NCBI GenBank assembly: GCA_964016885.1
Contig: OZ024740.1
Coordinates: forward strand, 340,628,001-340,692,000
DNA from: Eledone cirrhosa
Lineage: Eukaryota
Length of the DNA: 64,000 bases
Direction of reading: 5' to 3'
Made by a program: the position numbers and the translations under genes. Every line of letters begins with the position of its first letter. Positions within the stretch are counted from its first letter, which is position 1. Below are positions 27,203-38,808 of this stretch, in pieces. The notes beneath the pieces are model-generated. The model had not been told where the DNA came from and did no database searches. It was given only the letters and a program-made list of their open reading frames with translations.

Positions 27203-28662
27203 ATGGATTGGCAGTATCGGTAGAGAGTCGGACGCCATGCTTTGACGCATAGAGTTACGGCCCTTGCCATTCTGAGTTCAAATCCCGCCGAGGTTAACTT
27301 TGCCTTTCATCCTTACGGGGTCAATAAAATAAAGTACCAGTAATCATCATCATCATCATCGTTTAATGTCCATGTTCCACGCTTGCATGGGTTTGGACGG
27401 GAGTTTTCCCACTTGAGGCAAGAGTGGTTGTCTTGCTCGCATAGGACTGTCTGGCGGGTTTTCTACAGCTGGATGCCCTTCCTAACACCAACCACATTTA
27501 CAGTGTGGATCTGGGAGGTTTTTACCGTGTTGCCTACATGGCCACATTACAGCGTGGACTGTCTGGCGTGTTTTCTACAGCTGGATGCCCTTCCTAACAC
27601 CAACCACATTTACAGTGTGGGACTGGGAGGTTTTTACCGTGTTGCCTACACGGCCACATTACAGCGTGGACTGTGTGTTTTTTGTCGTGACACCTACACG
27701 ATCTCATTTGTTTCGGCCTGGATGTTGTGGCACCAACATAACTTTACATTGAAAGGGGCGGTGGGGGTGGTGGGACGGGGGTGTATTTTGTTAGAGATGC
27801 CTACTGACTGTAGTAGGTTTTACTTTGTATTTAGGTAAGGCGGGTCTTCTCTGTTACTGAGTACCGCCAAAGGTCTCAGTCCAGTGACATTGTCTTGGAG
27901 AGGTGTGTGTGTGGTCGGAATTTATCAGCTCGTCCCAGGTTTTTCTGGGTCTGCCTACTCCGTGGCTACCATCTATCTTTATTGCCCTGCACTTTGTTAT
28001 ACAGCTGTCGTCTTTCATGCGCATCACGTGACCATACCAACGTAGCCTTCTCTCGAGTAAACAACATCTGATCCCTCTTATTTCTAATTTTTTCCTTAGT
28101 TCGTTTATGCTTTGCCGTTCACGTATATTACTATTACACATCCAGCGGAGCATGCAAGCTTCGTTCCTCTCTAGTCTGCGTATATCCTCTGCACACAGTG
28201 CCCAGGTCTCACTGCCATGCAACATTGCTGTTCGTATGCAGGCATCATACAACCTGCCTTTCATTTTTAGGGAGAACCCTTTAGCGGCTAATAGTGGTAT
28301 AAGCTCTCTGAACTTTTTCCATGCAGTTCTGACTCTAGCTACTGTACTTTCAGAGCACCCTCCCCCACTGCTGATTTTGTTACCCAGGTAACGGAAGCTG
28401 TCCACTATTTCTATAGAACCCTCTGCGCAATTGAAAGAGCTAGTATTTTGTGGGCACTTGCTGCTACTTATTACACCAGAGCACCGGCCACATGTAAAAT
28501 CTGTGTTCTTAGTTAGCTTACCTGTGATCCCACTACATCTTTTATGCACCCATACTTTGCATTTGGGACATAAAATGGAGTTTCTACCTACGCCTTTCCT
28601 ACACACTGAGCATGGCCATGCACTGGGTAATTGCTGGCCTTGTGCCAACAGTAGAAACAATT
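27203..28662 (+). mobile_element. tRNA-derived SINE interrupted by an RTE (head and core 27203-27342, tail 28621-28662)
   Basis: B-box gagttcaaatccc; core gcctttcatccttacggggtcaataaaataaagtaccag; tail aattgctggccttgtgcc..agtagaaacaatt as in the copy at 42680-42865. Confidence 0.75.
27343..28620 (-). mobile_element. RTE family A, 5'-truncated
   Basis: ORF 27854-28660 close to ORF 10187-10966; (CAT)n tail at 27343-27360. Confidence 0.93.
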
Positions 28663-29307
28663 ATATCGAATCTATGAGTTATTTATATTATTTATTTTGA
28701 GAACAATACCATAACATAATTATGAATAGCCTGTTATGGCCGGTTTGAACAGAAAGAGGTCGAGAGAATTCTGACCGGCTTAAATTCTAAAGGGTAAAAG
28801 AAAGGTAGTGGAGTCAACTGTGAAATTTAATTGATTTATTTTGGAATGCAGCAGTATTTTTCCCCCAGTTTTTCTTTTAAGTTATTATGCTACTCTGTGT
28901 TCATCCAGGAACAGGAAAAACTTACGTATGCCTAGTCATTCTAAGATCTTTCAGTTGCATTTTGATATTTTAAAGATAAAGGCCAATAAAATTTTGAAAA
29001 TCAAGATTTTGAGTGATTTAGAAGCAGCGTTGTTTTGTAACAAAATTATTAATCAATTTTAATTAACACAAATTATAGATGTTGCTTTTTTTTTTTTCAG
29101 AATTAATCATTTAGGTAATGATTGATCTAATCACTAAATGTTTAACTTTGATTAAATGAAATTTCATGACTTACTGACATCAAGTATGATAATGCTCATT
29201 TTTATAGTTACTGCTATGTTATCTGATCTTTAAATCTGACATGTTTAGAACAATAGAAAAATAAATAAACATTGTTGTCTCTGAACAAGACGAAGCGAGA
29301 GTGCACT

Positions 29308-29526
29308 TGAATTCATATAAAAATGAGAAAACTCATTGCTATAACAGCTGCTAAAACAGCCAAATGCTGTTAATGACAGCGATGGTAAAAAAAGCCTCAG
29401 ATGATTGTTTCTCTGCCAACTCTGTCTCTGTCTTTGAGGCATTTTGCCCATCACTGTCATTGACAGCATTTGGTTATTATAGCAGCTGTTCTAGCAATGA
29501 GTTTTCCCATTTTTACATGAATTCAA
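29308..29526. repeat. ~220-bp imperfect palindrome (foldback/MITE-like)
   Basis: ttgaattcat.taaaaatg.gaaaactcattgcta.aacagctgcta pairs with tagcagctgtt.tagcaatgagttttc.catttttacatgaattcaa. Confidence 0.85.
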
Positions 29527-29814
29527 ATAGAAAAATAGTTAGCATACATACTTGTGTATGTCATATTTTTTCCATGGAAATACAACTTGAAAAATCAGCA
29601 TACGACTTATCTACTGGATTTCGTCATCATTGCAAAACTACATTAGCAGGCAGTCAAAATCCTTCTACACCCATTGCAGCTTTTATAACCAGTTGTGGGC
29701 CTGTGATTGGTTGATTAATCTTGGTCATTGAGGGAATTTGAACTCTAGTGAAGTGCTGGTATAGATATCACAAGGCTTTTCATCAAACACTTACAATTCT
29801 GCTAATCCACCATC

Positions 29815-29960
29815 ATGGACTGGTACCTTGATTTTATTGAACCTGAAAAGACGAAAGGTAAAGTTGATTTAGATGGTATTTGAACTGAGAGTGCAGAGGA
29901 CAAGAACAAATACCATGAGATATTTTATCCAACACTCTAACGACTCTACCAATTTACCCA
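29815..29960 (-). mobile_element. tRNA-derived SINE fragment
   Basis: Reverse complement of the SINE head and core (tggtac...ttttattga...gaaaggtaaagttga...tttgaactgag). Confidence 0.6.
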
Positions 29961-29989
29961 TCCAACTGGAACTACAAAACTTTAATTAA

Positions 29990-30186
29990 CCAATAAGCAT
30001 TTGAACCAGCTGTATCCAGCCTGAATTCTCTCACCTCTTTCTGTTCAAACCTGCTGTAACCAGCCGCTTATACTGATGTTAAGGTATTGTTCTCAAAATA
30101 AATAATATCAAAATCTCATGGATTCAATATTATGGGAGGTAAAGCTTTTACCATAGTAAATATAGAGTAATGCAAATGCTAAAGGG
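29990..30186. mobile_element. piggyBac-type MITE family 1
   Basis: ttaa|c...aatgctaaaggg|ttaa; interior matches 54865-55073. Confidence 0.75.
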
Positions 30187-30889
30187 TTAATGATATATGA
30201 TGCATTGTAAATGTTGTATGTAAAATGAAGGTGCAACTTAAACACAAGTATATAAAATAAAATATATATATATATATTTTTTCAGTTATATATTTGTTTG
30301 CTATTGCCTAAAGATGATGAATTGCAGAGGATGACAGGAATAAAATCAGTGATGAAATTTGTGAAGAGAAATGGAATGATGGCTGGTTCATGTGCTGTAA
30401 AAGGATGAAAATGACGGTGAAAGGAGTGATGGAAATGAATGTGAAAGGAAGTGGAGGAAGGAGAAAACCAAGAAAGACATGGTTAATAGAAAATAAAAGC
30501 CAGGTGGTTGGTGAGAGGGGGGGGGGTGTAGAGGGAAAAATGGAGAAGCTGATCGTGGTACCTGCTTTAGCAGGAAGATGGCCTTACATCAGCCTTTAAA
30601 GATATATTGGTCTACGTATTTCCTGGTATATAAAAAGACAAGATAGTCACAACTGCAATAACTTTTATAGGATTCCTTGATCATGTCTGATTTGATGCTA
30701 AACATGGCAACCAAGTTTAATTCCAGTAAACCTACTTGAAATAGTAGCCAGATTTCTTCAAATCACACTGAACCATTTGTAATTAGGAAAGAACACATTG
30801 AATAGTAGAATTATAGAAGAGGTAACTAGCTGAAACCACCAAGTTTGTGGTAGATCCTCTGCTTCCACTAATACACACACACACACATG

Positions 30890-31071
30890 TGAAAAGCACC
30901 CAGCACACACTGTAAATATGGTTGGCATTAGGAAAGGCATCCAGCTGTATAAATCTGGTCAGAAACAGTTCTATATGAGCAAGATATGGTCACCTGAACC
31001 AACTTGCCTCAATTGGGTCAACCCGTCTAATCCATGCTAGCATGGAAAGTGGACGTTAAACAATGATGATG
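30890..31071 (+). mobile_element. Isolated RTE 3' end; similar stubs at ~38211-38400(-), 39040-39212, 45230-45427, 46670-46782, 50870-51060, 52760-52930
   Basis: ggttggcattaggaaaggcatccagctgt core, tccatgctagcatgga palindrome, gacgttaaacaatgatgat tail. Confidence 0.8.
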
Positions 31072-31241
31072 TTATATATATAAAAGATGTCTCTACATGT
31101 CATGTGAAGCAATTAGAAGGGTTGCTGACAGAAATGGCATCTGGCCATAAAACACTGCCTCAGAAAACCTGTTCAACCCATGCCAGCATACAAAAACAGA
31201 TACAGATTAATGTATTGCAACCATGTAGTTTATATATATAT

Positions 31242-31400
31242 ATATTCATTTTATTAAGGCTAAATAGTGTTTATTGCAGTCACCAGACAAGTTCTTGTCT
31301 GATGACCCTGTGATAAAACTCCAGAGTAACAAAACTCACTATTAGCCTTAATAAAATGAATATTTAAACTGTACTTCGGTATTGAGTACTCTTTTCTCTC
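31242..31400 (+). mobile_element. Foldback with degenerate hammerhead core (Penelope-like inverted pLTR relic)
   Basis: atattcattttattaaggcta / tagccttaataaaatgaatat arms; central gtca.cagacaag-tt-cttgtctg.tgac; CTGATGA at 31299-31305. Confidence 0.55.
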
Positions 31401-31420
31401 AGCCATCAACCACATACGTA

Positions 31421-32858
31421 TATCATCATCATCATCATCAACGTTTAACGTCCGTGTTCCACGCTTGCATGGGTTTGGACGGGGGTAGTCCCACTTGAGG
31501 CAAGAGTGATTGTCTTGCTCGCATAGGACTGTCTGGCGGGTTTTCTACAGCTGGATGCCCTTCCTAACACCAACCACATTTACAGTGTGGGTCTGGGAGG
31601 TTTTTACCGTGTTGCCTACACGGTCACATTACAGCGTGGGCTGTGTGTTTTATTGTCGTGACACCTACACGATCTCATTTGTTTCGGCCTGGATGGCGCG
31701 GCACCAACATAACTTTACATAGAACGGGGTGGTGTGGGGGTGGTGGTGGTGTGACGGGGTGTATTTTGTTAGAGATGCCTACTGGCTGTAGTAGGTTTTA
31801 CTATGTATTTAGGTAAGGCGGGTCTTCTCTGTTACTGAGTACCGCCAAAGGTCTCGGTCCAGTGACATTGTCTTGGTGAGGTGTAAGTGTGTGAGGTTGG
31901 AGTTTATCAGCTCGTCCCAGGTTTTTCTAGGTCTGCCTATTCCATGGCTACCGTCTATCTTTATTTCCCTGCACTTTGTTATACAGCTATCGACTTTCAT
32001 GCGCATCACGTGTCCATACCAACGTAGCCTTCTCTCGAGTAAACAACATCTGATCCCTCTTATTTCTAATTTTTTCCTTAGTTCGTTTATGCTTTGCCGT
32101 TCACGTATATTACTGTTACACATCCAGCGGAGCATGCAAGCTTCGTTCCTCTCTAGTCTGCGTATATCCTCTGCACACAATGCCCAGGTCTCACTGCCAT
32201 GCAACATTGCTGTTCGTATGCAGGCATCGTACAACCTGCCTTTCATTTTTAGGGAGAACCCTTTAGCAGCTAATAGTGGTATAAGCTCTCTGAACTTTTT
32301 CCAACCAGTTCTGACTCTAGCTACTGTACTTTCAGAGCACCCTCCCCCACTGCTGATTTTATCGCCCAGGTAACGGAAGGTGTCCACTATTTCTATAGAA
32401 CCCTCTGCGCAATTGAAAGAGCTAGTATTTTGTGGGCACTTGCTGCTACTTATTGCACCAGAGCACCGGCCACATGTAAAATCTAGGTTCTTAGTTAGCT
32501 TACCTGTGATCCCACTACATCTTTAATGCACCCATACTTTGCATTTAGGACATAAAATGGAGTTTCTACCTACACCTTTCCTACACACCGAGCACGACCA
32601 TTTCCCAGAAGGGACCGCCTTATTTTCTTTCCTACAAACTAGAACTTTAGTCTTAGCCAGGTTAATTTTAAGTCCTTTTGATTCTAGGCCGTGCTTCCAT
32701 GTTTGGAATTTCTTCTCTAGCTCGGCCATTGATTCCGCTATGAGTGTCAGGTCGTCTGCGTATAGGAGTTCCCATGGGCAGCCGGTCTTGAACTCCTCTG
32801 TTATAGCCTGAAGGGCAATAATAAATAGTAGGGGGCTGAGAACAGAGCCCTGATGGAC
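31421..32858 (-). mobile_element. RTE family A, 5'-truncated, with an in-frame stop
   Basis: ORFs 32523-32912 (VHQGSVLSP, YADD) and 31809-32387; (CAT)n tail; 5' end abuts (TA)n. Confidence 0.93.
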
Positions 32859-32974
32859 ATATATATATATATATATATATCTGTGTGTGTGTGTGTATGT
32901 ATGTATGCACACACATATCTATATATATATATAACCAAAATTAAATTGAGGATGTCATGCCTGAGAATATCAGA

Positions 32975-33917
32975 AACATGTGATATCTCCTTCACCTGCC
33001 CAGATGGTTCTATAGAAACAGACACCTTCCGTTACCTGGGTGACAAAATCAGCAGTGGGGGAGGGTGCTCTGAAAGTGTAGTAGCCAGAGTTAGAACGGA
33101 AAAAGTTCAGAGAGCTAATACTGCTGTTGGCCACAAGGGGTTTCTCTCTAAAAATGAAAGGCAGATTATATGATGCCTGTATACGAACAGCGATATTACA
33201 TGGTAGTGAGACTTGGGCATTGTGTGCTGAAGACCTGTGTAGATTAGAAAGAAATGAAGATTGCATGCTCCGATGGATGTGTAATAGTAACGTGTGCGAA
33301 AGGCGAAGCATAAACGAACTAAGAAGGAGACTAAGCATAAGGGGTATCAAATGTGTTCTAGAAAGGAGATTGCATTGGTATGGACATGTGATGCGTATGA
33401 AGGACGACAGCTGTATAAAAAAGTGCAGGGCAATGAAAATTGATGGAAGCTGCGGAGTGGGTAGACGAAGAAATACATGGGACGAGGTGATAAAAACTGA
33501 CCTTGCTCACTTACCTCTCTAAGACAATGACACTGGATCGAGACTTTTGGTACCATGCAGTTGTACAGAAGACCCGACTACCATTGCATACAAACCTACA
33601 GTCAGTAGGCACCTCTTAACTCAATGTACACCCCACCATCACACCCTACCCCACCCTCCCTCTCCCGTTCCGTCCACTGTGTCAATGACAACAGTCCAGA
33701 CTGTAAGGTGGCCGTGTAGAAGACACGGTGAAAAGGCTCCCAGTCCACACTGTAAATGTGGTTGGTGTTAAGAAGGGCATCCATCTGTAAAAAAAAAACT
33801 GCCAGAGACGGTTCCGTGCGAGTGAGACATGGTCTCCCGACCATTCCCGCATCAAATGGAACAAAACCGTCTAACCCATGCTGCGTGGAAGATGAACGTT
33901 AAACGATGATGATGATG
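32975..33917 (+). mobile_element. RTE family A-related copy, 5'-truncated and frameshifted
   Basis: FRYLGDKISSGGGC, HGSETW, ERRLHWYGHV; (GAT)n tail ~33905-33917. Confidence 0.9.
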
Positions 33918-34009
33918 TGCCATGCCACCTGTAGAATAAGCTCAAAGATTCTAAGGGATAAATCCAAGGATTTATTAGCATTAGATTATAATAAATTGAA
34001 TGACATATA

Positions 34010-35192
34010 TTTTCTAGGGTGGGTAAAATTCCAGAGATCCATGGACGAGTTCTCTCCAGCGGTCTCTGTCTCTCATTATCTCTGCCATGTCCTGCGTCTC
34101 CAACAGACCAGTGTCTGTCCTTAGGGCATCAACATACGTTAACCTTGGTCTTCCTCTTCCAGTGTGTCCATGTAGGGGCTCTCACAGGAGCACTGAGTGT
34201 AATGTCAACTCTGGATGTCGGTGAGCATGTCCAGCTAACCTCAGTCTCCTCTGTGTCACTTTTGAGCTGACTTTTGGAAGGCTCCCATACAGTTCTGAGT
34301 TTTACATCCTCAGTGTATACTGATTAATGTTCAGAGCCATTCTCAGCATTCTCGTGTAGCACCCATCCACCATCTGAGTGAGTTTCTTGGTCAGTGTCCA
34401 AGTCTCAGACCCATACAGCAGCACAGACTCCACTACAGCAATGAAGAGAAAGATTTTCAGGTCTTTACGAAGGTCCGACTTCCACACCGATCTCAAGCTG
34501 TGGCATGCCGCCCAGGCTTTGCTCTTCCTCTCAACCACATCATCTTCTGTATTCCCAATCTTTGCTCCCAAATACAGGAAGTCCTCAACCAATTCTAGCG
34601 GCTTCCTGCCTACATTAGTGATCCCCTCTGGCTTCTCAACATTCTCTACCAGATATTTTGTTTTAGTCTCATTCATTCTCAGCCCCACACTCATCGACAC
34701 AGTCTCAACCTCCTGCATCAAATCCTCTGCCTCCTTCACTGTATTTGTCACCAAAACTATGTCGTCGGCAAATTCAGCATCTGATATCTTTTTTGCCTTA
34801 ACTCTCCTGCTCTGAGCCGGTGCTACAATAAAGCCAGAGTCCTGGTGTTTCTCCAGTGCAAGGCGCATACAATGGTCCACTACGATGATAAAAAGGTAGG
34901 GAGCCAAGGTATCTCCCTGGAGCACTCCAGCCAGTATCTCAAAGAACTCTGTCATCCCATCATGTGTAATGACTTGGGTGTTGGTGTGGAGCAGTGATAT
35001 CAGGTCCACTATCTTCTTGGGGATTCCATAAGCCTGTAAGATCTTCATCAGGCAGTGACGGTCCACAGAATCAAAGGCCTTCCTAAAGTCAATGAAAACC
35101 ATGACCGCAGGAAGGCACTTTGCTCTAGCTTCCCCTAATATCCTCCTCAGCATCAGGATGTGACTGGTGGTTGATCTTCCCTCTCTGAAGCC
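34010..35192 (-). mobile_element. Distinct RTE-clade LINE (no Cys finger), 5'-truncated
   Basis: ORF 34302-35153: FIDFRKAFDS, GVLQGDTLAPYLF, FADD, FLYLG, LLYGSETW; frameshifted C-terminus RRLRLAGH..RGRP. Confidence 0.9.
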
Positions 35193-35560
35193 ATATATAT
35201 ATATATAAAATAAACATGTCGAACAATTACAAATCTGTGATTTGCTAATTAACGTGAAATGTATTTCTTTAATGAAATATATACAAAGGAGATTAATCAG
35301 TATTTGAGGATCTCGTTAATTTTTAATGTTACCTACATAACTATGTGTGTTTACACTCTTTACAAATTATCACCTGTATTTGTTTGATGTGTTTATTTTA
35401 TATACATATATGTCAATCGATTTATATATATATGGGAGTGTGTAGGTGTTGCATGTGTATGTCTGTCTCTCCATCTTCATATTGACAGCATTTAGTTAAG
35501 CAGTAATGTTTGTTTATGTTCTACAGCTTAGCAGTTCAATGAAGAGGAGTGGAGAATAAT

Positions 35561-37916
35561 TCATCATCATCACCGTTTTACGTCTGTTCTTCCGTGCTAG
35601 CATGGGTTAGACGGGTTGTCCTGTTGTGGGCAGTGTCTGGTCGGCTGACCATGCCTTGCTCATACAGGAACTGATCTGGCTTGATTTCTACAGCTGGATG
35701 CCCTTCCTAACACCAACCTCATTTACAGTGAGTGCTGGGTGCTTTTTTGCCGTGGCACCTCCACGACCACCTTGCGGTGGGGGGTGTGGGGGCATATTGT
35801 CTATATGCTTCAGCTTGTACCCATGGAAGATAGGGTACTCTGTATTACTGCGTGAGGCCAGAAGTCACGGTCGTGTGTCATTGCCTTTGAGAGGTGTAAT
35901 TGGGTAAGGTCGGCTTTTATCACCTCATCCCAGGTCATCTTGGGTCTCCCCACTCCGCGGTTTCCATCAACTTCTAGTGCTCTGCACCTTTTTATGCAGC
36001 TGTCATCCTTCATACGCATCACATTGTCCATACCAACGCATCCGCCTCTCCTGCACACAGCATTTGATTCCTCTTATGCTCAGTCTCTCTCTCAATTCAT
36101 TTATGCTTTGTCGTTCGCGTATATTACTATTACACATCCATCGGAGCATGAAGGCTTCGTTTCTCTCTAATCTACGTAAGTCTTCCACCTTCAGCGCCCA
36201 GGTCTTACTACCATGCAACATTGCTGTTCGGATACACGCATCATACAGTCTGCCTTTCATTCTGAGGGAGAAGCCTTTTGCAGCTAGCAGTGGTAGTAGT
36301 TCCCTAAACTTCTTCCATCCCGTTCTTACCCTAGTTATTGTACTTTCTGAACACCCACCTACGCTGCTAATTCGGTCACCTAGGTAGCAGAAGCTGTCTA
36401 CTGTTTCTACAGAGCCCTCCCAGAGATTGGTGGTACTTGTTTCCTGTGGCTGTTTGCTGCATGTGAAGCCTACATTCTTAATTAAGCTTCCTGAGATCCC
36501 GCTACATCTCTTGTGTACCCATTGTTTGCATTTGGGGCAGAGAATGGAGTTCCTACCTACACCTTTCCTACATACTGAGCAAGGCCATTTCCCTGAGGGG
36601 ATCTGGGTTCTGTTTTCTCGTCTACTTACAAGGACCTTAGTCTTTGTCATGTTGACTTTCAGACCCTTTCTTTCTAGTCCCTGCTTCCAAGTTTGGAATT
36701 TCTTCTCTAGTTCTACCATAGATTCAGCTATGAGTGCGAGGTTATCAGCATACAGGAGTTTCCATGGGCATCCGGTCTTAAACTCCTCTGTTATTGCCTG
36801 CAGGACTATGATGAACAGGAGGGGGCTAAGAACAGAGCCCTGGTGGACCCCAACCTGTACGCTAAATTCCTCGCTATACTCATTGCTAATCATAACTTTG
36901 CTGACTGCTCCCCTATACATGGCTTGTACCGCTTTCACAAGCCATTCATCTACTCCTAGTTTTCTAAGAGCCCACCAGATTACAGCACGTGGAACTCTGT
37001 CAAAGGCTTTCTCAAGGTCGACAAATGCCAAGTAGAGTGGCTTACTTTTAGCTAGGTACTTTTCCTGTAATTGCCTCACAAGGAAGAGGGCATCAGTGGT
37101 GCCTCTTCCTGGTACAAACCCAAATTGCATCTCGTCTATTTTCACCCGGTCCCTAATCAACTGTGCTATAACTCTTTCTGTTACTTTCATGACCTGGTCC
37201 ATCAACTTTATACCTCTATAGTTTCCTCTATCTAGTGCATCGCCTTTACCTTTGTAGCAGTTGACAATGATGCTACTGCACCAATCTTTTGGTATGACAC
37301 CTAGTATTACCTGGTTAACAATATGTGTGGTTATAGTGTGACCTACAGACCCAGATGCCTTCAGCATCTCAGCAGCTATACCCGATGGACCGGTTGCCTT
37401 CCCCATCTTCATATCTTTGATTGCCTTACTTACTACGCTGCTGCTGACTTGTACTGCTGGCCCCTCTATAGGGTCTACTTGGGGTAGGGTCTCTTCTTCC
37501 CATGCATTCTCCTCATTTAGTAATCTATCATAATGACTCTTCCATGCATCTTTCTTCTCAGCACTTGTGAGGGCAAGCTCACCTTTATCATTCCGGATAC
37601 ACTTCTCTCCAATGACATTACAACTATCTCTGACACACTGCCTCGCAATCTTGAATACCTCCTGTTTCTGGTCCTCACGTTGCAAAACATGCTCGAATTT
37701 TCTATCCTCTGCTTCCCTCCTAGCTAAGTATACTTGTCGCCTAGCTTCCCTCTTTGTCTCTATGTAATGTACCCTGCTCCCCCCGTTCTTCCATTCTTTC
37801 CATGCCTGTCTCTTGGCCTTAACTGCTTCATCTACCTTATTGTTCCACCACCAAGTCACTCTCCTCCTGCTTGAGGTCTTACTCCAGCCACAGACCTCAT
37901 CCGTCGCCTCTAGTAA
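35561..37916 (-). mobile_element. RTE family B, longest copy; whole RT domain, endonuclease missing, catalytic YADD changed to YADN
   Basis: ORF 36003-38000: KATGPSG, NYRGIKL, QFGFVPGRGT, FVDLEKAFD, GVHQGSVLSP, YADN; (CAT)n tail. Confidence 0.95.
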
Positions 37917-38476
37917 ATAATTACTGTATGTAAATAATATAGTATGAGTTGGCATCAAGAAGAGCATCTGATCATAGAATACTGCCTCAAAATGTCTCAT
38001 CTAACCCATGATGGCATGAAAAATACCAATGTGAAACAAATTATGATGTTGTTAATGATGATGGTTATAATGCTATTTTTAAGAAATTACAGTGATGTTT
38101 TTCATATTGTCTCAGAAAAAAAAATCTGTTTTAATAGTCAAAAGTAAGGCTATGAATATGGTTTAAGCAAATTTAAAGACCTGTTGATATGACAGTGCAA
38201 ATATAGATATCATCATTCTCATCGTTTAACGTCCACTTTCCATGCTTGCATGGGTTAGGTAGGTTATCACATTCTGAGACAAGTTAGGTCAAGTGATCAA
38301 GTCTTTCTCATACAGATCTGTATTTTGGCTTGGTTTCTATGGTTGGATGCCCTTCCTAACACCAATCATGTTACAGTGTGGACTGGTTGCCCCTTGTAGT
38401 GTCACGAGCAGGACCACCTTATATGTATATATATAGTGTCAAGAGTTTCTGAAGAAATAGATCAAGGAAAAACCGC

Positions 38477-38808
38477 GCTCTATGTAATGTATGAACCAAA
38501 AATATATTATATCAATAAGATCTCAACACAAATGCATGCTACCTAAGGTTTCAAACTTCATAGAACATAGGTATTCTATGACTGTTAGTTTAGTTACCAT
38601 TGGGCAAAACAAGGATAGCTGAACATTATTTCATTCATAAATAACTTTCATCCATCTTGGTTTTACCCAATGATAACTAAACTAGCTGATGTAGAATCTA
38701 CGTCCTATGCTGGTTGAAGTTTGAAACCTTTGGTAGCATGCATTTGTGTCGAGATCTTATTCATATAATAGATATATATTTATTGATTTCTTACATATAT
38801 ACAAAGCT
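38477..38808. repeat. Long imperfect palindrome (core 38514-38761), foldback element
   Basis: aataagatctc.acacaaatgcatgctacc.aaggtttcaaacttca pairs with tgaagtttgaaacctt.ggtagcatgcatttgtgt.gagatcttatt; inner arms also pair. Confidence 0.85.

Larger units (their letters stand above)
27125..28794. mobile_element. piggyBac-type MITE (family 1) split by a SINE and an RTE; halves at 27125-27200 and 28660-28794
   Basis: The two halves together are colinear with the intact copy at 54251-54471. Confidence 0.75.

Noticed and set aside
36427-37035. Long antisense ORFs over RTE copies (also 10402-10686, 28107-28391, 31873-32373, 34378-34815, 59247-60395)
   Set aside because: Shadow frames opposite RT coding sequence with no independent protein features.
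36003-38000. 665-aa ORF as an active RT or host gene
   Set aside because: The first ~28 codons are flanking DNA, the endonuclease is absent, YADD is YADN, and the C-terminus is frameshifted.
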